Source of the DNA: an uncultured Gemmatimonadota bacterium
Lineage (GTDB): Bacteria; SM23-81
Assembly: GCA_964584035.1 (NCBI GenBank)
Contig: CAZOYL010000003.1
Location: 1-51,166, forward strand
DNA: 51,166 nt
Reading direction: 5' to 3'
Below the pieces are notes generated by a model. The model made no database searches. It saw nothing but the letters and a program-made list of their open reading frames with translations, and was not told the DNA's origin. The position numbers were made by a program, and so were the translations under genes. This document shows positions 1-8,295 of the stretch, piece after piece (position 1 is the first letter of the stretch; each line of letters starts with the position of its first letter).

Positions 1-481
1 CGCTGTAGATGGCCTTCAGATTGACGCCGGCCAGGACGTCCCGGGCCACCTCCGCGCCAAAGGAGCCGCTGACGGCCACCTCGTAGCTGTGATACAGGCT
101 GAGGATTTCCGGTCCGAACTCGCTGGTATAAGGAAGATCCCCATAGGAGAAGTAAATGATGTGTCCCCCCACCGTGCCCACGCCCTCGAGGTGGTGCGAC
201 CAGCAGGCAAAATCGTAATACATATCGGTGGTGAACTCAGGGAACCACTTGGAATGCATCAAAGCCACCTCAGTGCCCCGCTGCTGCGCCAGTCCGGCCG
301 GGTTCCAATAGGAGGCGGTGGCATCGTCGGCCACGGCCACAAAAGTCTCACCCATACCGCTGGGCCTGGCTCCGGGGGCGATCATCAGAAACAGCACCCC
401 AGCCTGGCTGATGGCCAGCGCCGCGGTCGCCTGAAGGAGACCGGCCAGAATGATGCCGCCGAACAACAGGACCCTTCGCAT
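1..481 (-). CDS. PorV/PorQ-family T9SS outer-membrane protein, N-terminal 160 codons (runs off the window edge)
   Basis: Absent from the ORF track because it is open at the window edge. My reverse-strand translation from ATG 481..479 gives MRRVLLFGGIILAGLLQATAALAISQAGVLFLMIAPGARPSGMGETFVAVADDATASYWNPAGL... It is colinear with the complete neighbour 552..1517 and, by eye, roughly two-thirds identical. Confidence 0.75.
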   Translation of the reverse strand, partial: MRRVLLFGGIILAGLLQATAALAISQAGVLFLMIAPGARPSGMGETFVAVADDATASYWNPAGLAQQRGTEVALMHSKWFPEFTTDMYYDFACWSHHLEGVGTVGGHIIYFSYGDLPYTSEFGPEILSLYHSYEVAVSGSFGAEVARDVLAGVNLKAIYS

Positions 482-551
482 GGCACTTCCCCCTGTGTTG
501 CAGACGTTACGATCCGGTGATCCGCGAACCGAAGTAAGGCGGCCGGTTCAC

Positions 552-1517
552 CTAGAACTTGGCCGTCAGCGAAAACCGCATGGTATCGGCCAGGGGATGC
601 CCCTCTTTTTCGGGGATGTAACCGAAGTCAAAACGATATTTGCTGTACTGCAGACCGGCTCCGAAGGTGGGCGTTTTAATTTCGCCGTAGTCATCATAAA
701 TATAACCCGCCCGGAGCGCCAGAATGTTGCTGTACCAGTATTCCAGACCGGCATTGCCGCGGAACTCCTCCTCGACCAGGCTGGCGTTGCATTCACCGGT
801 CATCATGACGTTGTTGAACTCGCTCCGGATCAGCTGATAGGCCACCCCCAGCTTCAAGTTCCTGGGCAGCGGGCTGGACTGTTCGGCATCGATGTACATG
901 ATGTTCGGTCCCAGATTCTGGACCGTGGCTCCCAAGGTCACCCGGGGATGGAGCCCCTTATAGAGCAAACCCAGATCGACGGCGTAGCTCATGGCCTTGC
1001 CGTCGCCCTTCTCCACATTCTGCCCGGGCCCCAGGTTGCTGTAAATACCCTTCATGTTGACGCCCACGCACGCGTTCTTGGCCACATCGGTACCGTAGGA
1101 GAGGGCTCCGGCGATCTCATAGCTCTCGAAGAGATATTGTACTTCCGGGCCGAACTCGGTGGTATAGGGGATCTTTCCATAGGTGAGATAGATGATGTGC
1201 CCGCCCAGGCCGCCCCATCCTTCCACATAGTGGGAATAACTTATAAATTCGTAATACATATCATCGGCGAACTGAGGAAACCACTTGCTGTGCATCAGGG
1301 TGAGTTCTTTACCGCGCAGGAAACCCAGCCCGGCGGGGTTCCAGTATGAGGCAGTGGCATCGTCGGCCACGGCCACAAAGGACTCCCCCATCCCGCTGGC
1401 TCTGGCTCCGGGGGCGATCATCAGGAAGAGAACCCCCGCCCGGCTTACCGCCAGGCTGGGCGAAGCGGTCGCCAGAACAAGAAGGATGACCAGGCCGAGA
1501 GGCGCATACTTCTTCAT
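552..1517 (-). CDS. porV: PorV/PorQ-family type IX secretion outer-membrane beta-barrel protein
   Basis: 321 aa with a signal peptide (…ATASPSLA). Carries the motif GARASGMGESFVAVADDATASYWNPAGL typical of the PorV/PorQ family and ends in an aromatic residue (…LTAKF). RBS GGAGGATAGG lies upstream. Sits directly downstream of a C25 peptidase, the porU-porV arrangement known from Porphyromonas gingivalis. Confidence 0.7.
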   Translation of the reverse strand: MKKYAPLGLVILLVLATASPSLAVSRAGVLFLMIAPGARASGMGESFVAVADDATASYWNPAGLGFLRGKELTLMHSKWFPQFADDMYYEFISYSHYVEGWGGLGGHIIYLTYGKIPYTTEFGPEVQYLFESYEIAGALSYGTDVAKNACVGVNMKGIYSNLGPGQNVEKGDGKAMSYAVDLGLLYKGLHPRVTLGATVQNLGPNIMYIDAEQSSPLPRNLKLGVAYQLIRSEFNNVMMTGECNASLVEEEFRGNAGLEYWYSNILALRAGYIYDDYGEIKTPTFGAGLQYSKYRFDFGYIPEKEGHPLADTMRFSLTAKF

Positions 1518-1621
1518 TTTCCTATCCTCCGGTGAAGAGTGAATGACCTGCGATCTATTTCATTAATATTTTCATAGTCTTACAAAGAGTATCAGGATAC
1601 AGGATCATCCCGATAAGCGGA

Positions 1622-4600
1622 TCAGCGCATGACCACCACCTTTCCATAGGCCTCGGTCTGCTGACTTTCAGCCCGCGCGATGATCTTGTAGAGATAGACG
1701 CCGTTGGCAATCTGATCGCCGTCCTCATCATCCCCTCTCCAGGGACGGCTGAGGTTATATCCACCGGGTCTCTCCCCCTCCCGCAGCGTGCGGATGAGTC
1801 GTCCGGCCACGGTGTAAATCTTAATGGTCACTTCCGCCGGACGGCTGATCTCGTAAGTGAATTCGGTAGGCTCCGAGCGGGGATCGAAGGGATTGGGACA
1901 GTTGAGGACATTTCGCAGTACCAGCTGGTTTCCCTCCGAAATCTCGAGGTCCAGCAAGCTGGTGGAAAAATTATTGAAATTATCCCAGGCCTTTAAGACC
2001 ACCTGATGAGGACCCGGCAAGAGTTCCGACAGAGTATATTCCAGACGGCCGGTTCGATAGCTGCCGGAATCATATTGGAACCGGTCGGTCAGATTGATCT
2101 GCTGTTGCCCGTCATCGACCAGCAGAACGATCCAGTGTCCCACCTCTCCGGTGATATTGATGCCGTTCTCATCCTCCAGCTGCGCCTCAATGCCAGGATT
2201 GGCGGAAGTGAAATCTCCGGATCCGAACGACTGTCCGGCGATGGTCAGAGTAATAACGGGCCCCGTCGTATCGGCCACGGCTGTGGCCGTGCCGCCGACG
2301 GACAGGGAGTCCCGGTAGGCCAGGCCGTCGCGTACTCCATCGCTGCCATAGGCGCTGATATGCGCTTGATGCCCGCCGTAACTGATGTCTTTGGGCACCA
2401 CGAAGGTGGCTTCAAAACGTCCCCGGTTTACGGGACAGCTGCCCCGAAAGATGGAGGTCCCGGGGAGCAGGTAATTGACCGTGGCCCCGGCCTCGGTGGT
2501 GTAAGACGTCGGCCTGGCCGAGTCGAACACCTGGAGAAAGACCGATCCTGAGAAAGAGGAATCCGGCTGTCCCCCGGACAGCAGTTCTCCCTCCAGGCTA
2601 AAATGATCCAGCGCTCTGAGCGAATCGCTGGAAAGATTCATCAGACGTCCCTCCAGACGTGGACGGCCCAGTTTCATGCATGGATCCCCGAACAGAGCGT
2701 ACTTTTGATCATTGCTATAGGAGGTGGGCCGGTTCATTTTAGCCCCGAACAGCGCCTGCCCCAGGGTGAGCTCTTCCTCGCCGAGAGCCAGGCGAAGGGT
2801 CTCCTTGTTCAGCTCGGCGTTGGGTGTGGCGAAACAGGAACGTGTCGCCCCGATAGTGGCCACGGCGCCCCGATCTCTGGCCCGGAGAAATTCCTCCGAC
2901 ATGGACTCGTTAAGCGTGTGGTCGAAGCGCCCCACGTCGCAGGAGGCCGAGTAGACCAGCGGCAGCCGGCGCCCATTGGACAGCCGGGGGATATCATTGG
3001 AGCCCCGAAAAGCATCCTCATGGGCCCAGACATCGAAATTTCCGTGCCCGATCCAATTGATCCACAGCATACCCTGGTTGAAACCATCGATAACGGCCTG
3101 CTGGGCCTGTGGTTTCTTAAGCGACCAGTCCATCGGGTATTCCATCAGGTAGACCTTGTGTTGATCGTAGGATGGGGGTATATAGTGGAGCGCCAGATCC
3201 TCGCTGTCACGGGTGTGAAACAGTTCGTTACCCTCGCCGCTGGCGGCCGTCTCATCATCGGATACGATCATCACCCGGTTGCGCCATGGTCCCAGGAGAG
3301 GATCCTGGACATAATCGAGGATCTTTCCGACCATGATATCGGCCTCCGCCGCCGAACGGACGGGCAGGCGCCCGATCATCAGATCGGCCGCATAATCGCC
3401 GTCCAGGCGCACGAACCAGTCTTCGGTGCAGAGATCGCCGTTTTCAAAAGGCGGCACCCAGTTGCTCCCGCCGGCGCCCGAATTATTCTTATAATCGAAG
3501 TTCCCATCACCAAATAGCAAAACGTATGCCGGGATCGGCCCGGCACCTGAATTATACAAGTACCAGAGATAATCGCGGATGGCGGTGGGATCGATCAGCC
3601 CCCAGGAGAACTGATCGTAGACATCCTCGATATCGGCGATCACCACCGTCAAACCCTCGTCCCGATGCAGCTGGGCCAGCGGCTCCAGGCTTTCCCGAAA
3701 AACCTCCGGCGTGATCATGATACAATCGCCCTGCTGCGTCCGAAGATCTTCCGGGATGCGCCGTTCGATCGAAATCGGGCTCACCAGGACGTTTTCACCA
3801 GCCGCATAATAGGATCTGGTTTGACCATCGTCGACGATGTCCTGAAAACGGAGGGTGATCTCGTCGCCCGCGATCACATTCTCGCCTCCGACGATCTCCG
3901 CCGGATTCCAGGGATCGGTGATGTCCAGCAATCGCACAGCCGGCTGAGTAAATCCCTCCAGGTCGAACTGTATGGTCCCGGAGGCCTGAGGGCTGTTGAA
4001 AGCCAAGCGGTTCTCCCAGGTCCGATACCCCCGCCAGTATTCGATCTCGAACCAATCGAACAGGATGTGATCCCATTCCGATTCGGCCCGAGGCAATGTG
4101 ATCTTGAGGACATTATCTCCTTCCCGCAGACCGGCGATCTGCTCCTCGGCAGTAATGACCAGGGCGCCATACCAGAAGCGCTCGATGGCCGGATCGGCGC
4201 TTTCGTTGAGATAGATATAAACATGGTGCGGGATGGAGGAAGGGACCGTCGCCCGCGGTGGATAATAGATGCCCTTGACCCGCAACTTCAGTTGACATTC
4301 CTGACTCTCGATATCGTGCAACGTGAAGCGATGTTCCTCGGTCTCGGCGTAATGACCCGCCATGCCATCCCAATACCAGGTCAGGCCGGAATAATCGGAG
4401 TTGAGAAAATCTTCTTCCAGGTGTGCCAAAGTGCGAAATTGCCGGGCCGGAATATAGGACGCCGATTGCGGAGCTCCCGAACGGCTGGTCCATCTGAGAC
4501 CGGCACCACCGCCGTAGGTCAGCCAGTAAACGTTGAGATCCGTAAAGGGATTGGTGTATTCGGCAATGCCCGCCTGAGACATCTCCTCCCATCCGTCCAG

Positions 4601-5632
4601 ATCTGTGGCATAGAAGAAAATTTCATCTTCCGCGTCGAAAAAACCATCATCGCCATCAGAGACCCGGATGGGTATCTGCTCCATGATCGGAGGATCGCCC
4701 ACCTGGCGCGGCAGCACTTTCCGGCCCATGTGATAGATCTTGATAGTCGCCGGAGTCACCTGCGACAGTTCGAGGCCGGCCTGACTCATCTGCTCGCCGG
4801 TCAGACGGCAGATCCCGGCCTGGCGAAGCGCAATGCGAAACCAGTCGTCCGAGGTGGCGAAGGGATCATCCTGTTTCGTAAATGACTTGGCCTGTGGAGG
4901 CGTCCGACGCCAGCGGCGTGATTGTTCCGCATTCACCAGGGCAGCGCGATAGATCGGCTCAAAGGGATCATTTCGAGGCGGCGATGGCTGCGCCTCATCG
5001 CTGGCCGTAAAAGAGACGGCGATGACGACGCGATGATGAACGCGAAGCGTGCCACTGACCGGATTCCACTGCGCCGGCAAGATTTCCAGCGGCAGAACCC
5101 TCTGATGCCGGAGGAAAACCGCCCCTTCGGACCGGCAAATGTTCCCCGGAAAGAGGGCATCTTTTTCGTATATGTCCGGATCGGGCCGGTAGATTTCCCG
5201 ATACAGAGACGATTCGTCCGCCCCCTCGCGAACGAGCTGCGGACCGGGTGCCAGCCGGATGCTTTCCTGATCCGAGTATTCGTCCTCCAGCAGGGAGAAG
5301 GTCACCGGGCCCTCCGGAGGCAATCCGATGCTGACCGCCTTGACCGGCAGCAGGGGCGCCCCCTCCTGGATATTGCTGCCACATCCGGGAATCGTGATAC
5401 GCTGGTAGCCCGGCTCTCCCTTCACCGCCGGCACGGGCGAGATGGACACCTCGGTAGTCTGAAACTCGATGACCAGGCCGCCCGGGGTTGATTCGAGCAA
5501 CCGCACGGTGATCGCTGAGGCCGCTCCCGGCGGCACTGCCAGCAGCACTACAACAGCCGCCAGCAGCGAGATGCCGAATCCGGAATGGCTTCGTGCCGTC
5601 CGAATAAGAAAAAAGCCGAGTGACAGGGACAT
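1622..5632 (-). CDS. porU: Peptidase C25 (gingipain-like) with C-terminal T9SS sorting domain; probable T9SS sortase PorU
   Basis: Catalytic-type motifs WINWIGHGNFDVW (His) and VYSASCDVGRFD (Cys). The C-terminus …NGVYLYKIIARAESQQTEAYGKVVVMR looks like a T9SS CTD / FlgD-Ig-like domain. Adjacent to porV. I place the start at ATG 5632 (MSLSLGFFLIRT… signal peptide, RBS AAGGGGG 6 nt upstream) rather than at the track ORF start 5815. Confidence 0.7.
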   Translation of the reverse strand: MSLSLGFFLIRTARSHSGFGISLLAAVVVLLAVPPGAASAITVRLLESTPGGLVIEFQTTEVSISPVPAVKGEPGYQRITIPGCGSNIQEGAPLLPVKAVSIGLPPEGPVTFSLLEDEYSDQESIRLAPGPQLVREGADESSLYREIYRPDPDIYEKDALFPGNICRSEGAVFLRHQRVLPLEILPAQWNPVSGTLRVHHRVVIAVSFTASDEAQPSPPRNDPFEPIYRAALVNAEQSRRWRRTPPQAKSFTKQDDPFATSDDWFRIALRQAGICRLTGEQMSQAGLELSQVTPATIKIYHMGRKVLPRQVGDPPIMEQIPIRVSDGDDGFFDAEDEIFFYATDLDGWEEMSQAGIAEYTNPFTDLNVYWLTYGGGAGLRWTSRSGAPQSASYIPARQFRTLAHLEEDFLNSDYSGLTWYWDGMAGHYAETEEHRFTLHDIESQECQLKLRVKGIYYPPRATVPSSIPHHVYIYLNESADPAIERFWYGALVITAEEQIAGLREGDNVLKITLPRAESEWDHILFDWFEIEYWRGYRTWENRLAFNSPQASGTIQFDLEGFTQPAVRLLDITDPWNPAEIVGGENVIAGDEITLRFQDIVDDGQTRSYYAAGENVLVSPISIERRIPEDLRTQQGDCIMITPEVFRESLEPLAQLHRDEGLTVVIADIEDVYDQFSWGLIDPTAIRDYLWYLYNSGAGPIPAYVLLFGDGNFDYKNNSGAGGSNWVPPFENGDLCTEDWFVRLDGDYAADLMIGRLPVRSAAEADIMVGKILDYVQDPLLGPWRNRVMIVSDDETAASGEGNELFHTRDSEDLALHYIPPSYDQHKVYLMEYPMDWSLKKPQAQQAVIDGFNQGMLWINWIGHGNFDVWAHEDAFRGSNDIPRLSNGRRLPLVYSASCDVGRFDHTLNESMSEEFLRARDRGAVATIGATRSCFATPNAELNKETLRLALGEEELTLGQALFGAKMNRPTSYSNDQKYALFGDPCMKLGRPRLEGRLMNLSSDSLRALDHFSLEGELLSGGQPDSSFSGSVFLQVFDSARPTSYTTEAGATVNYLLPGTSIFRGSCPVNRGRFEATFVVPKDISYGGHQAHISAYGSDGVRDGLAYRDSLSVGGTATAVADTTGPVITLTIAGQSFGSGDFTSANPGIEAQLEDENGINITGEVGHWIVLLVDDGQQQINLTDRFQYDSGSYRTGRLEYTLSELLPGPHQVVLKAWDNFNNFSTSLLDLEISEGNQLVLRNVLNCPNPFDPRSEPTEFTYEISRPAEVTIKIYTVAGRLIRTLREGERPGGYNLSRPWRGDDEDGDQIANGVYLYKIIARAESQQTEAYGKVVVMR

Positions 5633-5889
5633 CCATACCCCCTTTGCCAACCCGGCAAGATGATCGATCGAGATGTTGATTGGATTGCTCGCTAAAGGGA
5701 CTCTTGTGTTTTCCAGGATGATATCTACTGGATATCGGCGATCTACGGGGAATATCCATTGCCCCGATACAACACTACCCGACCTGACAGTCCGCAACCG
5801 GGACGAAGCCCGCAAGAACCCTTTAGCAAATGAATGCCTCTATAAACCCCCTTCTGAAGAGACGCAATCACGACCTCTCTTGTTTTTAG

Positions 5890-5918
5890 AAAATAGCGAT
5901 TCCGGATTCGCTTGTCAA
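5890..5918 (-). promoter_or_regulatory. Candidate sigma-70-type promoter TTGACA-17-TATTTT whose spacer is an imperfect palindrome
   Basis: The minus strand reads TTGACAagcgaatccggaatcgcTATTTT. The spacer AGCGAaTCCGGAaTCGCT is an 18-bp inverted repeat with 2 mismatches. It lies about 250 nt upstream of the porU start, so the implied leader is long. Confidence 0.3.
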
Positions 5919-6043
5919 GGATTTTTCAATTCTCCCATGTCCCTTTAGCTTGTGCGTTTCCCCCGGTCTGAGGAACGATCACAATGAATCAGCGAGGCCT
6001 TGACCGGACCGGTTTTCTATCCTTCCGGCGGCGGCTGTTGATC

Positions 6044-6469
6044 TCAGTTCTTTTCCGACTGCTGCTTCTTTTCCCCCGAGCCGTCTTCCTCTGATGGTTT
6101 TTCCGGCTTCTGTTCTCCCCCCTCCGGCGATGCTTGTTCTGCCTGACCGTCTTGTTCCTGTTGTTCCTGCGAGCCTTTCTTTTCCACTTCCCCGGTCAGT
6201 TTCATCTCATCCACGTAGTTCATGCGGAGCTCAAAAAGGCTTTTTTCTAAAGTTTTCCGCTCCCGATCGGTGAGATTTCCGCCGGTCTTCGTCTCCAGCA
6301 TGGCCAGCATATCGATCGAGTGCTTGGCCTGCTCCATGTTTTTTTCGATCTTGCCGGTCATCGGATTGGTGATCTTGCCCATTTGCTGCATGGCGGCGGC
6401 CTGAAAGGTATACACCAGCTGGATAAAGTACGCTTCGTTCAACTCTTCCTGCGAGTATGGCTCAGCCAT
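6044..6469 (-). CDS. DUF1844 domain protein with acidic, low-complexity C-terminal tail
   Basis: FIQLVYTFQAAAMQQMGKITNPMTGKIEKNMEQAKHSIDMLAMLETKTGGNLTDRE matches my recollection of the DUF1844 core. Start placed at ATG 6469 (MAEPYSQ…) behind RBS AAGGAGGAGG, not at 6502. Confidence 0.6.
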   Translation of the reverse strand: MAEPYSQEELNEAYFIQLVYTFQAAAMQQMGKITNPMTGKIEKNMEQAKHSIDMLAMLETKTGGNLTDRERKTLEKSLFELRMNYVDEMKLTGEVEKKGSQEQQEQDGQAEQASPEGGEQKPEKPSEEDGSGEKKQQSEKN

Positions 6470-6498
6470 GGTATCCTCCTCCTTTTCAGAGTATTCTT

Positions 6499-7593
6499 TC
6501 AATATCGAGCTACTGCCGGAGCGCCTTTTGACTCCATGCCCAGATAACGACGCAAATATCTATTATCGTTGACAAACAGCCGGAAGGACAGCCGCGGCAG
6601 TCCATAGAACAGGCCGGAAAACAGCCGCGATTTCGCGAAGAAGTCACCCATCTCCCGGTCGATAGACCGTTGATAGGATAACAGATCGGCCCTTTGTCCG
6701 GACAGGTACTGATGCACGGCGATGGCGGCCAGATGAGCCGACTTCATGGCATAATAGATGCCCTCGGCCGTCATGGGATGCACCAGACCGCCGGCCTCGC
6801 CGGCCAGCAGCACCGGTCCCCTGACCAGAAGCTGTCTTCGTCCATAGATGCTGATGGGAAGGGAGGAGATGGCCATATCCTCATGTCGGCGCGAGAATTG
6901 TCTCAACAAACTGCAAAAGGCCCTCTTCATCAGCGGCACTCGCCCTTGCGGGGAGGCCATTCCCATTCCCACCGCCAGGCGGTCACGCCCGGGGAAGATC
7001 CAGGCATATCCATGCGCCACCCAGCCGAACCCGATCCAGACCCGTCCTCGAAATCGCCGTCGCAAGGCATCATCCAGGGGCAAATGGGTTTGCAGGGTGG
7101 CGATCATGCGGCGGCGGGATCGAAATCCTGCCAGCCGTCTGACCGATCCGGTGACCCCGTCGGCGCCCACCAGGACGCGCCCGCGGTATACTCCCGCATC
7201 GGTTCGCACAGTGACCCGATCGCGCCTCAAGGTGAGGCACCGAACCGCCTCCCCCTCCCGGATCAGACATCCACCTTCCCCGGCTCGCCGGAGAAGAAGC
7301 GCATCGAAGCGATCGCGCCGGACCGTATACATCAGCGGCTGGTTCGACCTGAGAACGAACCTCGGGCCGGCTCGCAGGGAGAATTCCAAGTTCCTGATGC
7401 GATCCTCGACCACCTGGCTCTCTTCCAGGTCTATAAATCTCAAGACCTTTCGCGGCAGTCCGCCGGCACACAATTTGTCCCGCGGAAAGATCTCTTTCTC
7501 CAGGATGAGGACCGAATACCCCTTCCGGGCCAGCTCGAAGCCGGCAGTGCAGCCGGCCGGCCCGGCTCCGGCCACGATGATGTCAAAGGCCAT
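6499..7593 (-). CDS. FAD-dependent oxidoreductase, geranylgeranyl reductase family
   Basis: N-terminal dinucleotide fold MAFDIIVAGAGPAGCTAGFELARKGYSVLILEKE followed by FPRDKLCAGGL, characteristic of GGR / ChlP-like reductases. Start at ATG 7593 (RBS GGGGAGA). Confidence 0.65.
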   Translation of the reverse strand: MAFDIIVAGAGPAGCTAGFELARKGYSVLILEKEIFPRDKLCAGGLPRKVLRFIDLEESQVVEDRIRNLEFSLRAGPRFVLRSNQPLMYTVRRDRFDALLLRRAGEGGCLIREGEAVRCLTLRRDRVTVRTDAGVYRGRVLVGADGVTGSVRRLAGFRSRRRMIATLQTHLPLDDALRRRFRGRVWIGFGWVAHGYAWIFPGRDRLAVGMGMASPQGRVPLMKRAFCSLLRQFSRRHEDMAISSLPISIYGRRQLLVRGPVLLAGEAGGLVHPMTAEGIYYAMKSAHLAAIAVHQYLSGQRADLLSYQRSIDREMGDFFAKSRLFSGLFYGLPRLSFRLFVNDNRYLRRYLGMESKGAPAVARY

Positions 7594-7634
7594 GCCTGTC
7601 TCCCCGCATCCGAGCCCCAACCGCCGGCCGGTCC

Positions 7635-8249
7635 TCATGGAATCGGCTGTCGTGCGCTGGTTACCTCGAAGATATATTGATCCATGATGGCCCGGGCCAG
7701 TTCCAAGAGATCCACTTTTTTCCCGCTGCGTGTCCGCGCTGGTGAGGTCTCAACATCTCCCGGCTCCCGCAGGCCCAGATAGATCAGACCCCCTGTCGCC
7801 GTCATCCGGATGATGGAAACGGACAGGTGCTCGGATCCTCTGCACAGATCCGGCCCCCATCGCTGAACAATATTGGTTTGGGCGACGTCTTTATGGACAA
7901 TATCCTTACGGGCAATATCTTTATCAGCCCTATCTTCTCGGCCTGGATCACCCGGCAAACGGTGATTCAATTTGTCCTTGGCCACATCGAGAAGCAGCCG
8001 CTGCTGCAGCCGGAGCTTTTCGATATCCCGGTGAACATGGCGAACCACCAGATGCAGCAGCCGGCGCTCCTGAAACAGCTGACTGCCCCGAAAAGGGGTC
8101 AGCAGATCCGCGGCGGGCCGAAATGGCCCGATGAAAGCGATGATGGCCTCCACCCCTTTTCCAAACCGATGGTCCGTCCATTCCGGCTGCAGTTGAGAAC
8201 CGTCGAAAATGGACGGCTCGGACATCAGATGTTTTCCCAATCGTCTCAT
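7635..8249 (-). CDS. Hypothetical protein with an internal pentapeptide-repeat insert
   Basis: 204-aa ORF with RBS GGAGAG 4 nt upstream of the ATG, packed tightly between recG and the reductase gene. I cannot place it in a family with confidence. Confidence 0.5.
   Translation of the reverse strand: MRRLGKHLMSEPSIFDGSQLQPEWTDHRFGKGVEAIIAFIGPFRPAADLLTPFRGSQLFQERRLLHLVVRHVHRDIEKLRLQQRLLLDVAKDKLNHRLPGDPGREDRADKDIARKDIVHKDVAQTNIVQRWGPDLCRGSEHLSVSIIRMTATGGLIYLGLREPGDVETSPARTRSGKKVDLLELARAIMDQYIFEVTSARQPIP
7884..7943. repeat. Four degenerate tandem 15-nt units inside the hypothetical CDS
   Basis: The plus strand reads gacgtctttatggac / aatatccttacgggc / aatatctttatcagc / cctatcttctcggcc. These encode the 5-aa periodic segment …REDRA DKDIA RKDIV HKDVA…. 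Confidence 0.6.
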
Positions 8250-8295
8250 CGTTCTCTCCGGTCGGTGCCCAAAGATAACCTCTCACGGCCCTCCA

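Noticed and set aside
5633-5815. N-terminal extensions of track ORFs: porU to 5815, DUF1844 to 6502, the reductase to 7638, ftsZ to 13831, mraZ to 29968, GT2 to 32044, GT4 to 34409, ssb to 42503, the small membrane protein to 48532.
   Set aside because: In each case an internal ATG has a strong Shine-Dalgarno sequence at proper spacing and begins exactly where the conserved domain or signal peptide starts. The extensions add non-homologous sequence or overlap upstream genes or operators.
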